A stretch of DNA of 64,000 nucleotides, taken from assembly GCA_964016885.1 (NCBI GenBank), contig OZ024743.1:374480001-374544000 (forward strand). The letters are read 5' to 3'. Position 1 is the stretch's first letter. Every line of letters begins with the position of its first letter. The notes beneath the pieces are model-generated. The model did not search any database. It was not told the origin of the DNA and worked only from the letters and a program-made list of their open reading frames with translations. Source of the stretch: Eledone cirrhosa. Taxonomy: Eukaryota. Of the stretch, positions 31,401 through 44,645 are shown in pieces. Position numbers and translations under genes: made by a program.

Positions 31401-32370
31401 CCTACCCACTCTAGCATTAAAGTCACCAAGCACGATGACTTTGTCTGCCTGAGGGATATTTCTTAGAACACCTTTCAAGGCATGGTAAAAGGACAGTTTT
31501 TCTTCATCGACAGAATTCATAGTTGGAGCATACACACTCACCAGGGTAGCATATCTTCCCTTGTCCAGCGGAACTCTCATGGACATAAGACGCTCACTAA
31601 TCCCTACTGGGAATTCTTCTAATTTATTCACCAGTACAATCTTAAAAGCAAATCCTACCCAGCCTCTCTTCTGGTTCCTTCATCTCTTCCTTTCCAGAAG
31701 AATGTATATTCTCCACAAAATTCCGGAAGATAACCATCTCCAGCTAACCTCGTCTCAGATAAAGCCACGATGTCAAGATCGTAACGTCGAAGCTCCTTTG
31801 CAACAAGAGCGGTCCTTCGTTCAGGACGCTCCAAAGAATCCCTGTCAAGCAGCGTCCGTACGTTCCAGCAGCCAAGACTAAATGCCCTGTTTGGCTCTAT
31901 TACAATGGCACGATGACGGGCGGGCCCAGGTTGTGATAACTTGGGGCCCCTGCCCTTATTGCCAATGATCTTTTTTGTTCCAGAACCCAAATTGGCAATT
32001 ATCTCGTTTACATTGTTCTGGAACATCATTGAATTTGAAAAAAAAAAAAAAAAAAAAAAAAAGTAATAATAATAGTAATAATAATAATAATAATAATAAT
32101 AGTACACTATTAATAATTATTAATGCACTCGTGCAATGCCTGTGCGTGACGAATATTTTTAAAGTGAGGAAAGATTGTGCACTGAGCCAATCCCACTCTC
32201 TGAGCGACAGTAGCTATAACCCGAAAAGAAGAAAAGATCAACATCATCGGTAACTACTGAGCCGCAGGTTTTATATCGGAGTTAACCCAGTTTCCTGAGA
32301 TGCCTTCTCCTAGAAGAATACCCTGACAAGGGCTAGAGGTTCTTCACTCCCAGTGGTTTAACTGCGCGAT
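28046..32370 (-). mobile_element. Near full-length, frameshifted RTE (BovB-like) LINE with C-terminal C2H2-like zinc fingers
   Basis: APE (CWNVRTL, LSETRL, GDFNARVG, TDHRLV), RT (NYRGI, QSGFR, GVKQG, YADD), and three CxxC...H motifs at ~28490-28790. The 3' stem-loop and (CATA)n tail lie at 28021-28088. Confidence 0.9.
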
Positions 32371-32379
32371 CGGGCATCC

Positions 32380-35300
32380 AGCCCGATTATTTCGCTGAGC
32401 CAATCGAGGTTTTTAAAGTTAGATGAGACATTAGGAAAAACTGCTTCCTAAAGGTCAGAAGGGCTGCTCACAATGTTGTACAGGGAGTCGATTGCTATGC
32501 CGCCCTTGTCATCCGCAGGGACCTTGCCCTCACCAAGTGCTAAAATATTCTGAGCAAATGCTGCAGACATGTTGTCACTATGCAAATGAGCACGCATTTT
32601 TGTGCTCAGGTACAAACTCTTCACCTGGAGCCACAACATGGACGACTTAAGATAGGCACGCACTTCATCAGCTCTTGTCCCTTTGGGATGACAGGCAGCA
32701 TTTGCCGAAAATCCCCTGATAGCAGAAGCGTTACGCCACCCATAGTGGCGGTAGAATCCCTAATGTCTTTCAGGGTACTGTCCAATGCCATTGTGCACTC
32801 ATCCCAAACAATGAGGCAACATTTTATGAGAACCAGAGCTTCGTGTGAACTCTTGCTGATATTGCAATTTAGTGTCTCAGTTTTTACTAAATCCAAGAGG
32901 AGTTTAAAGGTTGAATGTGCTGTCCTGCCTCCCGGCAACAAAGTAGCAGCGATCCCGGACGATGCAACGGCCAACGCAATTTTTTTCTCCTGAAGAATCT
33001 TAGCGAGAATCAATTTCGTTACATAAGTTTTTCCGGTACCCCCAGGAGCATTGAGAAAGTAAATACCCCCCAGTCTGATTTTGAACCGCGTCAATGATAG
33101 TCAAATAGGCCAACCTTTGGTTTAACAGAAGTTTGGGCTCATTTTCCTCTAAGTATTGGGAAAGAGATTCGATGTCATATGCTGTTTCCCGCAACAAATC
33201 CGGGGCCAACGTGTTAGCTTTCTCTCTGACGGTTGACGGTAAGCCATACGTCGCCAACTCACTCCCACCCATGTCGAGGAGGGCGTCCTCGATGTCAATG
33301 AGTGCCCTGTTGTAGATAATGTCGCTGTAACCAACTTCCACTGAACTATACTGCAGATGAGCCAGGCGCAGGAAGTCCTCAGACATGAAGTCTCTGTACT
33401 TGACCCATAAAGATTTGGGATCACCCAATTCACACTTTTGAAGCAAAATAGCAAAGAGTTCCCGTAGACCTTTAGGTGATTTCAACAAAGCACCCTCTGC
33501 TAAAGTGGAATCCCATTGCGAATCATCTTCCAGAAGACCACGCTTAAAGCAGGCTTCCCGGTACGTATCACAAATTTCTCCATCAACAGATTTGAGGTCC
33601 TGAAAACTTTGTGGGCCTACAACTTCATGCAGAAGAAGGTGGAGATGAAAGCACTCATGCTGACTTGGGGACACAGTGTAAACCCTTCCAAGACAGCTGT
33701 CAAATTTTACACCAGGATGTCTTTCAGCAGCCTGACCTGACTTTCTTCGCACCCAAGTGTTTTTCGACCATATAAAGTAGGATGGAACCTGGGAGTACAC
33801 AATTGTTTGCGCAAATGTATCAAACTGGCAAAGTTTGAAGAAACCCGTCAGAGTGGTCTCTTTCGGATCGGCGGTCAACTTGGCGGCGGTTTGATCCGTA
33901 AAGTAAACACTTTGCCCATTTTCCAAATGTACCGCAAGCTGTACGCTGGCGGGGTGACGTTGGTGTATGGGTAAACCAAATAGGCGCCAAAAAGCTTCAT
34001 GGCTACTGATGCACCGCCCCGCCAGGTATGCTGTGACCTCGTCCCTGCTATTTTCAGCTTGAAATGCGAACATTGCGGCATCAGAGCCCTTATTTACATA
34101 TTTGCATATGTATTTTATCGACCTGACGGAGTTGCAAAACTCAACGTTGATGTGGGCGTTGAATATCTTCAAGAGAAGCGGGCAGTAAGGGACCACCCAT
34201 CTATTGTCGATTTGACCTCCCCTTACTGTTGTGGTGAAGCCACCGTTCTCGGGCCGTCCCGCCTGTACAGGGGGTACCCGTCGCCACCAGTCTGAGTCTG
34301 GTCAACAAATTTACGGGGGTATCCCTTACTGCACGACCCCCCCCTTTGAGACACGTGTGATGCTCATTAGGACCCGACGCAGACGGACCATGAATCATGT
34401 TACCTTTAGCGATGTCATGTAATTCCTGGTCAGTTGCTGGGTTAGTGATTTCAGCCGAAATGAAGCTGTCTATGGCATTTGAATTGATTTTATCAGCTAA
34501 CCAAATCAAAATGTGAGCATGTGGCAGCCCTCGTTTTTGCCATTCGACGGTGAACATGTCACATTTTACAGCTCCAAATACCTGACCTTTTTGATTAAAG
34601 CCGTGAGTTTAGCCAGTTTCAGTCTGAACACTCTGGCAAAGAGGTCATGTCTGTTCGAATAATTTTGCCCGGGAAAAAGTTCACGGGTTACATTCCGATC
34701 ATAGGTCTATAGCATTAATCTGTTATATGCAGTGTTATTTTGCGGGTTGTTATTTGCAATAAGCCGATTGAAAATGCCCCAGATAAGCCGTATGTCAATA
34801 CGGAACGTTCCACTGCAGTGTTGTCATATAGGGAGTGACGAGCGACAGGGAGAGTAAAGCAGTTAAATTATAGAGAGGGGGAATATACGGAACGCTCCAT
34901 TTTATCATATACATTGTTTCTCTCTCTGCAGTGCTGTCATATAGGGAGTGAAGAGCGACAGAGAGAGTATGTCGTTATGACTGTTTGTTGTTGTATAAAA
35001 TGATGTGTTGCTTAGTTATCAAAGTTTTTTTCGCGTTCCCGAACGAATAGGGGGAATGATCTATTATATACAGAGAAAAGAGCGAAGCATGAAGAGAGTA
35101 AAGCAGTTAAATTATAGAGAGGGGGAATAATCTATTGTAGAGAGAGGGAAGAGCGACGGAGTGAGTAAAGCTATGGTTGTTGTGTTGCTTAGGTTTCAAA
35201 GTTTGTGTCTCGTTCCTTCAAAAGAAGTTTTGTCGTTGTTCTAAATTGTGATAAAGTAGTAGACGGAGGCAGTAACCTTTTAAAGTGAGTTGCAGAGGAG

Positions 35301-35676
35301 ATTGAGGGGGGGGGGGGTAGAGAGAGTGATGAACCTTTTAAAGAGAGTTGCAGAAAAGATTGAGAGTGGAGTAGAGAGAGTGATGAACCTTTTAAAGAGA
35401 GGTGCAACATGTATGTAGTTTCATATATTTTTGATGGTAGTAGTGAGAGGAATGAAGCGTGTGAGAGAGAGGGTTACAGCATGTATTTAGTTTTATCGAT
35501 TTTTTTCATAGAAGCAGGAAATCTGTGGCAAAAATAATTACGCGTTGACCTGCCCTGGTAAATTTGGAGCACATTGGAATAAAAATCATCAAAATCGGTA
35601 GAGAAATGTGGAAATTCATAAAAATCATACACACACACAGACAGACATCTACCGTTTTATATATATATATATATAG
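32380..35676 (-). mobile_element. Degraded, internally deleted and 3'-truncated autonomous Helitron (Rep + PIF1 helicase)
   Basis: HUH motif EWQKRGLPHAH, AHINVE/KYICKY, helicase GGTGKT, DECTM, GDFRQ. The 5' end resembles ctatatat..aaaacggtagatgtctgtctg. Confidence 0.9.
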
Positions 35677-35857
35677 GGAGAGAGGGAGAGAGAGAGGGGG
35701 GAGAGAGAGAGTGTGTGTGCGTGTGAGTGAGAGAGAGTCTGCGGTGCTAAGACCGAGGAAAGCACTAAATATGTGAGCACTCGATACATGAGGAGATATA
35801 GAGTGGGCTTGGGGCCGCGGTGGGGATTTTACATATCTCTCTCTCTGTATTTCTCTG

Positions 35858-35910
<53 letters not shown>

Positions 35911-35911
35911 A

Positions 35912-36033
<122 letters not shown>

Positions 36034-36421
36034 AGAGAGTATTCAAGTTTGCTTGAAGCATTGTGGAATAATAAGATTTATTTTCTTTTGGACGTTTTGG
36101 AAGCCTCAACAATGCAGATGGGTAAATCTCCGGGTAACAGAATCCGGTGGTGAAGAGAGATATGTAAGGGAATGTAGAATGAGATGTATAGTGTGTAGAG
36201 GAACGTAGGAAAGAGCGTAAAAAATAAAAATAATAACATGAGATAGAGTTACCTTGGGAGAGATTTAATTGTCCCTATATTTCGGATTCGCATCCATCAA
36301 CTAGGAGGTTTTCCGGTGGAGGGAGGGGAAGTTATGTGTCGGAGAGGAACGGAAAGTGTCCTCTGCTGTCTGCTGTTTCCTATATATATAGGAAAATGTT
36401 CATATATCTATATATGGGAAA

Positions 36422-36484
<63 letters not shown>

Positions 36485-36488
<4 letters not shown>

Positions 36489-36678
36489 AAAATGTTCAAA
36501 ACCTCGACGGCAGAGCTCGAGCCGTTTCGACGGCTATTTCTCATCTGAAATAGCCGTCGAAACGGCTCGAGTTCTGCCGTCGGGGTCTTGAACATTTTGC
36601 TATTACCCACTCTACTTCCCTAAGTACTGAATACTCTGGTGCGTTATGGTCCACCTGGTTCCTTACCACATTTCCTTA
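36485..36678 (+). mobile_element. Fold-back mini-element, same family as 236-424
   Basis: Palindrome centred on gacggctatttc-tcatct-gaaatagccgtc-GAAAC, with the same tail ttacccactctact...ggttccttacca. Confidence 0.8.
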
Positions 36679-37121
36679 TATATATATAATATATATATAT
36701 ATATACCTCATAGTAAAAATGTGTGAGTACTAACAATAACTTATTGAAGTAAATTTACCATGTCAACTTTGAGAAATAAACTAAGGTATACAATGTGAAG
36801 GAATCGAAACCATATCTGTGTAAAAATATATATATATCACAAAATATAATTCGGTTTGAGTCCCAGCTATACATTAGAGACTTAAATACAAGAGTACAGG
36901 GGAACTATCCGGCCTCTATTTAATATTCATATCCCATCTGACCATAAGCATTTGTTCTATTTACTATACGTATCATAAAGTCCAACGTCATTTATTTGAT
37001 GAATATAAGTGTAGGTTAAATCCCGACTGCGGCGCCAAGCGGTTTCTAGTTGGTAGAAGGACTGCGCAAGCCTGACGTATATATGTATGTATAAATATAT
37101 ATATTTAAACACACACACATG

Positions 37122-37214
<93 letters not shown>

Positions 37215-37319
37215 CATATATATTTAAATATATATACATATATATATATACATATATATACATATATATATATGTATATACACATATATATTCATATAAA
37301 TATATATATATGTATATAA

Positions 37320-37368
<49 letters not shown>

Positions 37369-37490
37369 CACATATATATACACACACACACACAAACATA
37401 TATATATATATATATATGAGTGTACGCGCACTTATGTCTCAGTAATTAGAAATATGTATGTATATGTTTATATTTCTGCATATACGTATG

Positions 37491-37541
<51 letters not shown>

Positions 37542-38129
37542 ATTCATATACATATATATATATATGAATGTACCACGGGAATCGAACTTATCGGGATGAT
37601 CCGAACAGGGAATTGACTCTGTGACATTCTTAAAACTATTGAACGCCAATGAATTCCTTGTGTGACATCGTTTAAATAAATATCCAAATTCTCTAAAGCC
37701 GTCAATTAGCACTTGTTTAAATATAAGATTACTGGAGAACTTTCATTCCTGTATTTTATATGAATTCCCGAATTTACCATAAGCATTCGTACGATTTAAT
37801 ACAAGTATTGTAAAGGTCAAATCATTTCCTTGGTGTATATAGGCGTAGGCATGGCTGTATAGTTAAGGAGTTCGCTTCTCAATCAAATGATTTTGTATCC
37901 AGTCCCAGTGCGTGGCTCGTCCGGCGAGATTTTTTATCTCCAGTTTCTAGTTAAATAATTCCTTGTGATTGCAATTTGGTTGATGGGGAGTTATACGGGA
38001 GTTATACGGGATCCTTATGTATAGGAATGTGTGAGTGTGGTTCGATGATTAGAGATATGTATGTTATGTTATGTTATGTACGTGTGTATGTGCTTATATA
38101 TATATAGTAGTCAAAAAGTGAAGAATAAC

Positions 38130-38179
<50 letters not shown>

Positions 38180-38198
38180 GCAAAACAGGAACAACAAA

Positions 38199-38267
<69 letters not shown>

Positions 38268-38270
<3 letters not shown>

Positions 38271-38868
38271 GATAACAAGTTATCGTTATATGTAATCCAG
38301 TTAGAGGTTGTGAGTAGTCTGTACTATGGATAGTTTTAACGTACGGCGTTGTTTGACCCAAGAGGTTTGCTTAGTTAGGTGGCGAGTTTGCGAGAATTCC
38401 CATGCAGGTTATTCTTGGAGTAATAATAGTGAAAGAGTGAAGAATAACATGGTCGGCTGTACATAAGGATTTTATTTCCAGTATTAACAATTGTTTCATT
38501 GATCAGGTGAGTCTAAAGGCCGCTGATCACTTGAGATTGCGTCACTCGACCTTAAATACAGTGTGTGTCTCTGATCAAATCATCGGAATTTCGCAATTTC
38601 GAGTGATCAGCGGCCTTCAGACTCACCTGATCAATGAAACAATTGTTAATACTGGAAATAAAATCCTTATGTACAGGCGACCATGTTATTCTTCACTCTT
38701 TCACTATTATTACTCCAAGAACGACCTGCATGGGAATTCTCGCAAACTCGCCACCTAACTAAGCAAACCTCTTGTTGGGTCAAACAACGCCGTACGTTAA
38801 AACTATCCATAGTACAGAGTACTCACAACCTCTAACTGGATTACCTAAAACGATAACTTGTTATCCCA
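38268..38868. repeat. ~600-bp fold-back (arms ~274 bp, 50-bp spacer) with HHR 3' half
   Basis: 38268-38541 is the reverse complement of 38592-38868. Arms contain GAAAC-aatt-GTT followed by AATAAA. Flanked by (TA)n. Confidence 0.9.
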
Positions 38869-38875
38869 TATATAT

Positions 38876-39614
38876 AGAGGAGCCAAAACCAAATGGGAAA
38901 AAAAAAGGATAAATAATGATACAAATGGGACCTGCCCCTTGTATGGGAGCAAATCTGAGAATAGAATAGAAAGAACTAGGAATAAGGTTAATAAAATAAA
39001 CTCATGGTATGATAGCAATAAATACCAGAGTGTAATGTTCATCAATACAACCCCTACAGGTGAACTAGCTTACAAATTTAGAAGGGCCCTAGATAAACTT
39101 AGAATCTACACAGAGATAAAAATAGAATCTACACACAGAAAAGACGCAATGTTTAGACAAATCACAAAGGCAATAAACATAAATGAACTCCAACGAAAAT
39201 TAAAGAGAAAACATGAATGGAATAGCAACTTCACAACTTATAATTAAGGACAAAATGAAAACACACACACATAGAACAAACAACTAACTAGTAACATGCA
39301 AACAAACAAACACATAAATAAACAAATAAAAACACACACAGACACCCGGATGTAACACATGCGAAAACTAAGCACACAACACACACAAAAACAAGATGGC
39401 GTAGGACAGAACAAAGGAGAGGCACAAAAACAAAGAAAAGAATCCCAGTCACTGAAGAGGTCACAGAATGTGTGACGAAAGAACTTTGACAATATATGAA
39501 CAACCATCCGGTTATAAAACCAACCAACCAACCGGAAATTTATAATAAATTGAATTGAAGTGAAAACAACTGGTGCTTGTGTTTCTTATTGGCAACATGA
39601 CCCTCCCAAAGTAT

Positions 39615-39620
<6 letters not shown>
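38876..39620 (+). mobile_element. Internally deleted PLE, family of 15820-16500, with HHR at 39448-39490
   Basis: CPLY...WY...VMFINTTPTGELA fused to IKIESTHRKDAMFRQI..EWN. HHR reads gtca-CTGAAGA-ggtcaca..tgtgac-GAAAG-aa-CTT-tgac. Confidence 0.85.
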
Positions 39621-39713
<93 letters not shown>

Positions 39714-39730
39714 CTTTGTTGTTTCTGTTT

Positions 39731-39764
<34 letters not shown>

Positions 39765-39769
<5 letters not shown>

Positions 39770-40122
39770 AAAAAGGGATGAAATCGAAAATGCAACTGAA
39801 GTCTTATTTTTTTTAAAAATATATATATTTATTTGGTTCCTTTACCGGTTTCGCAGTTCTTCTGCTTTTCAAAAGGTGAGTTGAGATGGAGGGTCTGTGG
39901 TTTTTCTCACATCTGAGATGTGAGAAAAACCACAGACCCTCCATCTCAACTCACCTTTTGAAAAGCAGAAGAACTGCGAAACCGGTAAAGGAACCAAATA
40001 AATATATATATTTTTAAAAAAAATAAGACTTCAGTTGCATTTTCGATTTCATCCCTTTTTCTTTATACTTCCACTCGTGTAGGACACCTCGGTTATTTTT
40101 CATTTTGTAAAAAAAACCTCAC

Positions 40123-40128
<6 letters not shown>
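39765..40128. mobile_element. Perfect 150-bp-arm palindrome plus tail, with HHR fold and mutated core
   Basis: Arms 39765-39914 and 39916-40065. cctt-TTGAAAA-gcag aagaa ctgc-GAAAC-cg-GTA-aagg. Confidence 0.85.
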
Positions 40129-40182
<54 letters not shown>

Positions 40183-40190
40183 CATATATA

Positions 40191-40225
<35 letters not shown>

Positions 40226-40262
40226 CGTGTGTCTGTCTGTGTGTGTGTGTATATATATATGC

Positions 40263-40580
40263 GTGGAGGCACGTGTCCTAGTGGTAAGGGTGTTGGACTT
40301 ATGATCATAATGTTGTGGGTTCGATTCCTGGCTTACGTATTGTGTTCTTGAGCAAAACACTTAATTTTTCGTTGCTCCAGTATACTCAGCTGAAAACGAG
40401 TACCACCAATAGCTGGGGGTTTAATCCTGCTTTGCAGCATAGAGGTACAACCCTTTACGGTCTAAGTTCAAATCCCGCCAAGGTTAACTTTGCCTTTCAT
40501 CCTTACGGGGTCGATAAAACAAAGCATCAATAATGCACTGAGATAATTGGTGGCCTTGTACCTAAAGTAGAAACAATTAT
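40263..40580 (+). mobile_element. Chimeric SINE: 5' part of the 21630 family joined to the 3030 family
   Basis: Switches at ~40431 from gggggtttaatcctgc to tttgcagcatagag...gttcaaatcccgcc. Confidence 0.75.
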
Positions 40581-41210
40581 TAAAACTATATTGAATTTCT
40601 TGTGTAACTCCATTTTAGTATATATTTAAATTCTCTAAAGCAATCATGTTACTCTGCTTTAAATATATTGAACTTCTACGCAGTCCTCTATCAACACTCG
40701 TTTAAATACGCATTGAACTTCTATAGAGCACTTATTTAACACTGGCTTACATCAATATCGATCTATAAATTTTTCAATCCATCTTGATTTTCTGTAATGT
40801 CCTCATTTAATACTAAATCTATATATTCTCGAGACGGGTTAAATTTATGTTGAACTTCTATAAAACCTTCATTGAATTCTCGACAAATAAAAGTACATTT
40901 ATGACAAACTCAATGAGCTAGGCTCTTCCACTTATATAAAAAATACTGCCAAATGTTCCTAATGTTATTTTTGAAGTATGTTTTACGAAATCTTTGCTAT
41001 AAATAGCCATAATGGTTTGTTAGTTTGTTCGTTTAAAGATAACAAATTTGCTACCTGCTGTGTACGAAATATAGGAGTGAAGGGAACAAGAGAGTGTTCA
41101 TTGAGGCATGATTCGAACTCGACATTACATTATTCCTGTATGAAATGTCATATCCGGGATCGTACTAATTGTACGATGGATCTAAAGGGGAATTTTAAGC
41201 ACCAGCATTA

Positions 41211-41868
41211 ACCCCACCACCACCACCAGCACCATATCATAATCAGCTTTCACGCCACCACTATCACCAGCACCACCACCAGCATCACCACCAGCACCAC
41301 CACCAGCACCACCACCACCACAACCACCGCCACCACAACCACCACCACCACCACTATCCCAATCGCCACCACAACCACCACAAACACCACCACTACAACC
41401 ACCACCATAACCACCACCATCACCACCACCACCACCACAACCATCACCACTATCCCAATCACAACCACTATAACAACCACCACCACTACAACAATCGCCA
41501 TCAGAAATGCCACCACCACCACAACCTCCACCACCACCACCACCACCACCACCACAAAATCCACCACCACCACCACCACCACCACAACCACCACCGCCAC
41601 CACCACCACCACCACCACCACTATCCCAATCACCACCACCACAACCACCGCCACCACAACCATCCCCACCACCACAACAATAACAATAACAACAAGTTAT
41701 TGAACTTAAGAGATGATACAGCTATTACTGAGCTCTTCACGTTACCTCTCTCACCAGAGGGCGCTACATACAACACTGTGAGGGACTTTCTTACAGACAC
41801 AGACACATCACTATACACATCCACACCTCCATACACACACAGCTATACATACACACACAGCTATACAT

Positions 41869-41912
<44 letters not shown>

Positions 41913-42135
41913 GTATCTACACACACACAAATACATACATACATACATACATATCTACACACACACAAATACATACATACATATCTACACACACAGCAAC
42001 ACATACACACACACACAATGCATACATACATACATATATATCTACACATGCACACAAATGCATACATAGATACATACACATACACACATACACAAAGCTA
42101 CACTTGCACACAGACAAACACATAGATACCCACAC

Positions 42136-42198
<63 letters not shown>

Positions 42199-42229
42199 TA
42201 CACACGCACAGACACACACACACACATAC

Positions 42230-42266
<37 letters not shown>

Positions 42267-42378
42267 CACACGCACACACACACACACACACACATACACA
42301 CGCACACACACACACACACACACACGCACACACGCACACACACACACACACACACATACACACGCACACACACATACA

Positions 42379-42417
<39 letters not shown>

Positions 42418-42441
42418 ACGCACACATACACACGCACACAC

Positions 42442-42530
<89 letters not shown>
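41211..42530. repeat. Compound microsatellite: (ACC)n at 41211-41695 and (CA)n-rich at 41800-42530
   Basis: Directly visible simple repeats. Confidence 0.95.
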
Positions 42531-42914
42531 TATATAATGAAACAAGGACGAATAGTTACTCCTGCATTACGTTTATTGGTTGGTGCCGCACGTTTCGCTC
42601 TTGGTCAAGTCAAGGTTCGTTCTCTATCGATTTAGCCCGACTCTGTAATCAATTGCTCGTCGGACCTCTGTTTCTGCAGAGGTCCGACGAGCAATTGATT
42701 ACAGAGTCGGGCTAGACCGATACAGTTTGAATCTTGAGCTGATCAATAGCGAAAGCGCGTCACCAACCAATAAACGTAATGAAGGAGTAACCATTCGTCC
42801 TTGTTTTATCATACTACACTCTGTCTAGTTTTACACCTCAATACCGACATGAACCTAAACATCGAGTACTCACCCGGGTGAACCTACAGTAACTCCCCGT
42901 TATACTCCCTGTAA

Positions 42915-42916
<2 letters not shown>
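42531..42916 (+). mobile_element. Fold-back element (arms ~140 bp) plus tail, with HHR 3' half
   Basis: Centre at 42671-42676. Right arm reads GAAAG-cgc-GTC-accaacc-AATAAA; tail 42814-42916. Confidence 0.8.
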
Positions 42917-42973
<57 letters not shown>

Positions 42974-43059
42974 AAAAGAGAGATATTTTGCTGGTAATTC
43001 AACAAATTTATTTATAACAGATTCGAAGCACTCAACAGTTGTCCTGGATTATAATATCA

Positions 43060-43314
43060 ATGATATTAATAAATGGAAACTATATTTATAAAACCTTATT
43101 TATTTTATTGTATATATTTCAAGGGTACCAAAAAACTTTGATACGCTCTCAAACGGAACCTGAACCGATAAGGTCTGGTTTCTCGGGTATGTCACTATTT
43201 ATAAAACAAACTTTGTATTTTATCTGATGAGAGCGTACCAAAGTTTTTTGGTACGCTTGAAATATATATAATAAAATAAATATTGTTTTATAAATATAGT
43301 TTCCATTTATTAAT

Positions 43315-43320
<6 letters not shown>
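43060..43320. mobile_element. Fold-back element with an intact HHR at 43216-43278 (+)
   Basis: tattttat-CTGATGA-gagcgtacc..ggtacgctt-GAAA-tatata-TA-ataaaata. The inverted arm 43060-43151 stops in the core. Confidence 0.85.
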
Positions 43321-43361
<41 letters not shown>

Positions 43362-43367
43362 AAAGCT

Positions 43368-43550
43368 TATCTCCGTTCTACAAGCGGTTTCCACGGTAAA
43401 CATGTCTACTTCATCAGGTGCACCTGCTGAAGTAGACATGTTTACGTCTGGAAACCGCTAAGAGTGTGGAGATAAGTCAAACTGTTAATATATACACTCT
43501 CAACTTCCACAGTAAGTGTTCTTGGCTCTTTTCGCTTGTTTTTAACCACA
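43368..43550. mobile_element. Fold-back element with head-to-head HHR cores
   Basis: Centre caggtg|cacctg (43420/43421). Minus arm CTGATGA..gtagac at gtttac..GAAAC; plus arm core mutated to CTGCTGA. Confidence 0.75.
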
Positions 43551-43615
43551 CGTGGATACACACACATGCACACATACCACCCATACATACACATGCATAT
43601 ACATATATATATATA

Positions 43616-43717
<102 letters not shown>

Positions 43718-44249
43718 CATATATACATACACATATATCTATCTATACATATATATACGTGTACACATGTATATATACATATATATATATATATACATAT
43801 ATACATATATATGTGTGCGTGTATATATTTATATATACACGCAGGCACACACACGCACTCATATATGTGTGTGTGGTATGGTGGGGGGTGAGGAATGTGA
43901 TTGTAACTACCTTTATGATAAATCAAATAATTGAAACAGCCATACCTACTTTAAGATAAAAAAAAGTTACTTGTTAATGGTGTTATTTTAAAGATTAGTA
44001 TGTACAAAACCGTTCTAAATATAGCCTGGAAGGTACGTTCTTTCTTCAGTAAAACGAAGAGTCCCGCTGTGCCTGCAAGAGCAAACACTCTACCTCTACG
44101 AACTCGACGAACCGAGAAAGTCGTTCGACCTACACAAAATACGATATCCGGTATTTCTAACTAAAATGCAAAAGACCTATCTAGAGACAGATATTGATGC
44201 AGCCGTCACAAAACATTTCTTTTTGTGAAAACTATGCTACCTAACAAAT

Positions 44250-44645
44250 AATTGTTTCTACTTTAGGCACAAGGCCAGCAATTACCCAGTACATTACTGG
44301 TACTTTATTTTATCGACCCCGTAAGGATGAAAGGCAAAGTTAGCCTCGGCGGGATTTGAACTCAGACGGTAAAGGGACGTAACTATGCTAGAAAACATGG
44401 CGTCCAACCCTCTACCGATACTGCCAATTCACCGCCCTGTTGTACATGCTACCTAACAAATAATGGTTTCTTATTTAGGCAAAAGGCCAGCAATTTGGGT
44501 GAAGGGAGTGGGGAGTCGATGACTGGTACTTTATTTTATCGAAAGTTTGAAAGGCAAAGTTGACCTGAGTGACATTTGATCTTAGAATAAATACTAATAA
44601 GTATTTGTCCGACGCTTTAACTACTCTGGCAATCCAGCACGCCTT
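44250..44645 (-). mobile_element. Two tandem SINE copies, one young and one diverged
   Basis: 3030-family unit; atgctacctaacaaataat occurs at both ~44234 and ~44446. Confidence 0.8.

Noticed and set aside
37565-37830. Minus-strand ORF MLIDGFREFG... as a possible exon
   Set aside because: No recognisable domain or clear splice signals.
41250-41675. Val-rich ORF resembling a membrane protein
   Set aside because: It is the reverse strand of an (ACC)n microsatellite.
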